Shown here one piece after another: positions 5,400 to 6,099 of a stretch of 6,099 nt of DNA (position 1 is the first letter of the stretch; each line of letters opens with the position of its first letter). Position numbers and translations under genes: made by a program. Source of the stretch: a virus. The notes under the pieces are model-generated. The model did no database searches. It worked only from the letters and a program-made list of their open reading frames with translations, and was not told the DNA's origin. The stretch is from IMG/VR virus record IMGVR_UViG_3300002170_000109, positions 1 through 6,099 of that record; one strand, 5' to 3'.

Positions 5400-5759
5400 T
5401 TGGCAAATATAAAAGGTTATCAGATTAATATACGTGTTTCTGTACAAGAAAAAGAAGCACTTGATAAAGAAGCAGAAAAACAAGGTTTAAAGCGTTCGGA
5501 ATACATACGCACTAAGCTCTTTTCAAAATCTGCTACAGAAAGTGTACAAAACGATATACAAACGTATACAGATAATATTGAGAAGCTTTTTGAGATGAAT
5601 CAGCAATTAATCAAGAATGATAAAATCAAAAGTGAAACAATTAATAATTTGACTAAGCTTTTTAGCGAAGAACAAAAGAAAACTCTTGCATTAACACAAG
5701 AACTTGATTTTGAAAAAAATAAAAATATTTGGCAAAGGATATTTAAAATAAAAAAATAA
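5400..5759 (+). CDS. ~119-aa protein with an N-terminal ribbon-helix-helix (MobC/CopG-like) domain and a C-terminal coiled coil; putative DNA-binding regulator or replication accessory protein. The maximal ORF starts at GTG 5391.
   Basis: SD AGGTGA (5389-5394) lies 5 nt before TTG 5400. The RHH signature is YQINIRVSVQEKEALDKEAEKQGLKRSEYIRTKL. The C-terminal half is K/E/Q/N-rich and helical. Confidence 0.6.
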   Translation: MANIKGYQINIRVSVQEKEALDKEAEKQGLKRSEYIRTKLFSKSATESVQNDIQTYTDNIEKLFEMNQQLIKNDKIKSETINNLTKLFSEEQKKTLALTQELDFEKNKNIWQRIFKIKK

Positions 5760-5777
5760 AATGCATACATGTTCTGT

Positions 5778-5831
5778 TATATGAATAAAAGGGTCTAGTG
5801 CTTTTAAGCACTAGACCCTTTTATTCATATA
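5778..5831. terminator. Perfect 26-bp-arm inverted repeat (2-nt centre). Likely a bidirectional intrinsic terminator for the rep-RHH unit, and a candidate ssDNA hairpin (packaging signal or minus-strand origin).
   Basis: TATATGAATAAAAGGGTCTAGTGCTT (5778-5803) is the exact reverse complement of AAGCACTAGACCCTTTTATTCATATA (5806-5831). The GC-rich core GGGTCTAGTGC/GCACTAGACCC is followed by TTTTATT. Confidence 0.7.
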
Positions 5832-5853
5832 CATTAGGAGATAAAGCTAGCCA

Positions 5854-5881
5854 TTGCTATAGTATATATATTATCTATTAT
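5854..5881 (+). promoter_or_regulatory. Candidate promoter for the structural-gene transcript
   Basis: The -35 is TTGCTA (5854-5859), followed by a 16-nt spacer and the -10 TATTAT (5876-5881). The 22-bp palindrome lies immediately downstream, in an operator-like position. The context is AT-rich, so a chance match is possible. Confidence 0.3.
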
Positions 5882-5907
5882 CTAGTATCTAGTATATATA
5901 CTAGATA
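5860..5907. repeat. Iteron-like cluster: three direct TATCTA heptamer-spaced repeats, one inverted copy, a 22-bp perfect palindrome and an 11-mer direct repeat
   Basis: TATCTA occurs at 5872, 5879 and 5886 (period 7), and its complement TAGATA at 5902-5907. TATCTAGTATATATACTAGATA (5886-5907) is its own reverse complement. TAGTATATATA occurs at 5860-5870 and 5890-5900. Confidence 0.85.
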
Positions 5908-5975
5908 ACTCCTTTTAACCCTTGGAACGATATTATCAATATAAAAAAAATATAAAAAAGAAAGGAGATCTAAAA

Positions 5976-6071
5976 ATGTTATTAAACATTTTAGATTATT
6001 TGAGAGATATAACAGCTAGTTTAGCAGCTTCTTTTATCTTTTCAATGATTAAAAAATATATCAAAAAATAA
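5976..6071 (+). CDS. 31-aa hydrophobic peptide with a basic C-terminus (candidate pVII/pIX-like minor coat protein or small membrane peptide)
   Basis: SD AAAGGAG (5961-5967) lies 8 nt before ATG 5976. The product is MLLNILDYLRDITASLAASFIFSMIKKYIKK and the stop is TAA at 6069-6071 (equivalent to 63-65). The 64-126 hairpin follows. The ORF is missing from the supplied track only because it is short and spans the circular junction. Confidence 0.5.
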   Translation: MLLNILDYLRDITASLAASFIFSMIKKYIKK

Positions 6072-6099
6072 GATTAAAACCTCTTTTTCAATATATTAT
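6007..6099. repeat. Terminal redundancy, copy 2 (identical to 1-93)
   Basis: Exact 93-nt match to the window start. Confidence 0.97.

Larger units (their letters stand above)
1..6006 (+). mobile_element. One complete unit of a circular ~6.0 kb inovirus-like (filamentous ssDNA phage) genome or replicative form
   Basis: Bases 1-93 repeat exactly at 6007-6099, giving a 6,006-bp period. All ORFs are on one strand and tightly packed. The module order is Rep, then ssDNA-binding-like, small coat-like, large pIII-like, pVI-like and Zot/pI-like ATPase. This mirrors Ff/Pf/B5-type inoviruses, and the size is typical of Gram-positive inoviruses. Confidence 0.8.

Noticed and set aside
5289-5483. Minus-strand 64-aa ORF
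   Set aside because: It is antisense across the rep stop and the RHH start. The product is low-complexity and Phe/Cys/Tyr-rich, and there is no SD.
1-6099. Spiroplasma/Mycoplasma plectrovirus (genetic code 4) interpretation
   Set aside because: All Trp codons seen are TGG, and TGA terminates the ATPase ORF at a sensible position next to a promoter and SD for the next gene. The standard bacterial code fits the whole genome without gaps.
1-6099. CRISPR array, tRNA/rRNA genes, transposase or IS elements, integrase
   Set aside because: No spacer-repeat periodicity and no cloverleaf-like or rRNA-like segments were seen. No ORF has DDE, tyrosine-recombinase or serine-recombinase character. The only long repeat is the circularisation overlap.

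Overview
The window is slightly more than one unit of a small circular replicon. Bases 1-93 are identical to 6007-6099, so the unit length is 6,006 bp (a circular contig overlap or a tandem junction). Every convincing gene is on the + strand, and the DNA is AT-rich, roughly one-third G+C by eye. The standard genetic code applies: Trp is TGG and TGA acts as a stop. Gene content and order match a filamentous ssDNA phage (inovirus-like) of a low-GC Gram-positive host. In circular order the genes are: (1) a Rep_trans/pT181-type rolling-circle initiator; (2) a ribbon-helix-helix (RHH) protein; (3) a structured, repeat-rich intergenic region; (4) a 31-aa hydrophobic/basic peptide; (5) a 95-aa gVp-like putative ssDNA-binding protein; (6) a 162-aa coiled-coil, tail-anchored membrane protein; (7) a 46-aa major-coat-like protein followed by a strong intrinsic terminator; (8) a 570-aa pIII-like adsorption/minor coat protein; (9) an 83-aa polytopic pVI-like protein; (10) a Zot/pI-like P-loop assembly ATPase; (11) a 60-aa RHH regulator. 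There is no secretin, integrase, lysis gene, tRNA or CRISPR. The most notable points are: a hairpin at 4431-4454 that closely resembles the pT181 double-strand-origin nick site and lies inside or just upstream of rep; a perfect 26-bp-stem hairpin and a second ~29-bp imperfect hairpin flanking the regulatory region; a TATCTA heptamer array with a 22-bp palindrome that is weakly dif-like; Trp-rich ~20-aa tandem repeats in the pIII-like protein; and a rep ORF with no ATG start. All functional calls rest on motif recognition and synteny by eye. No database search was possible.
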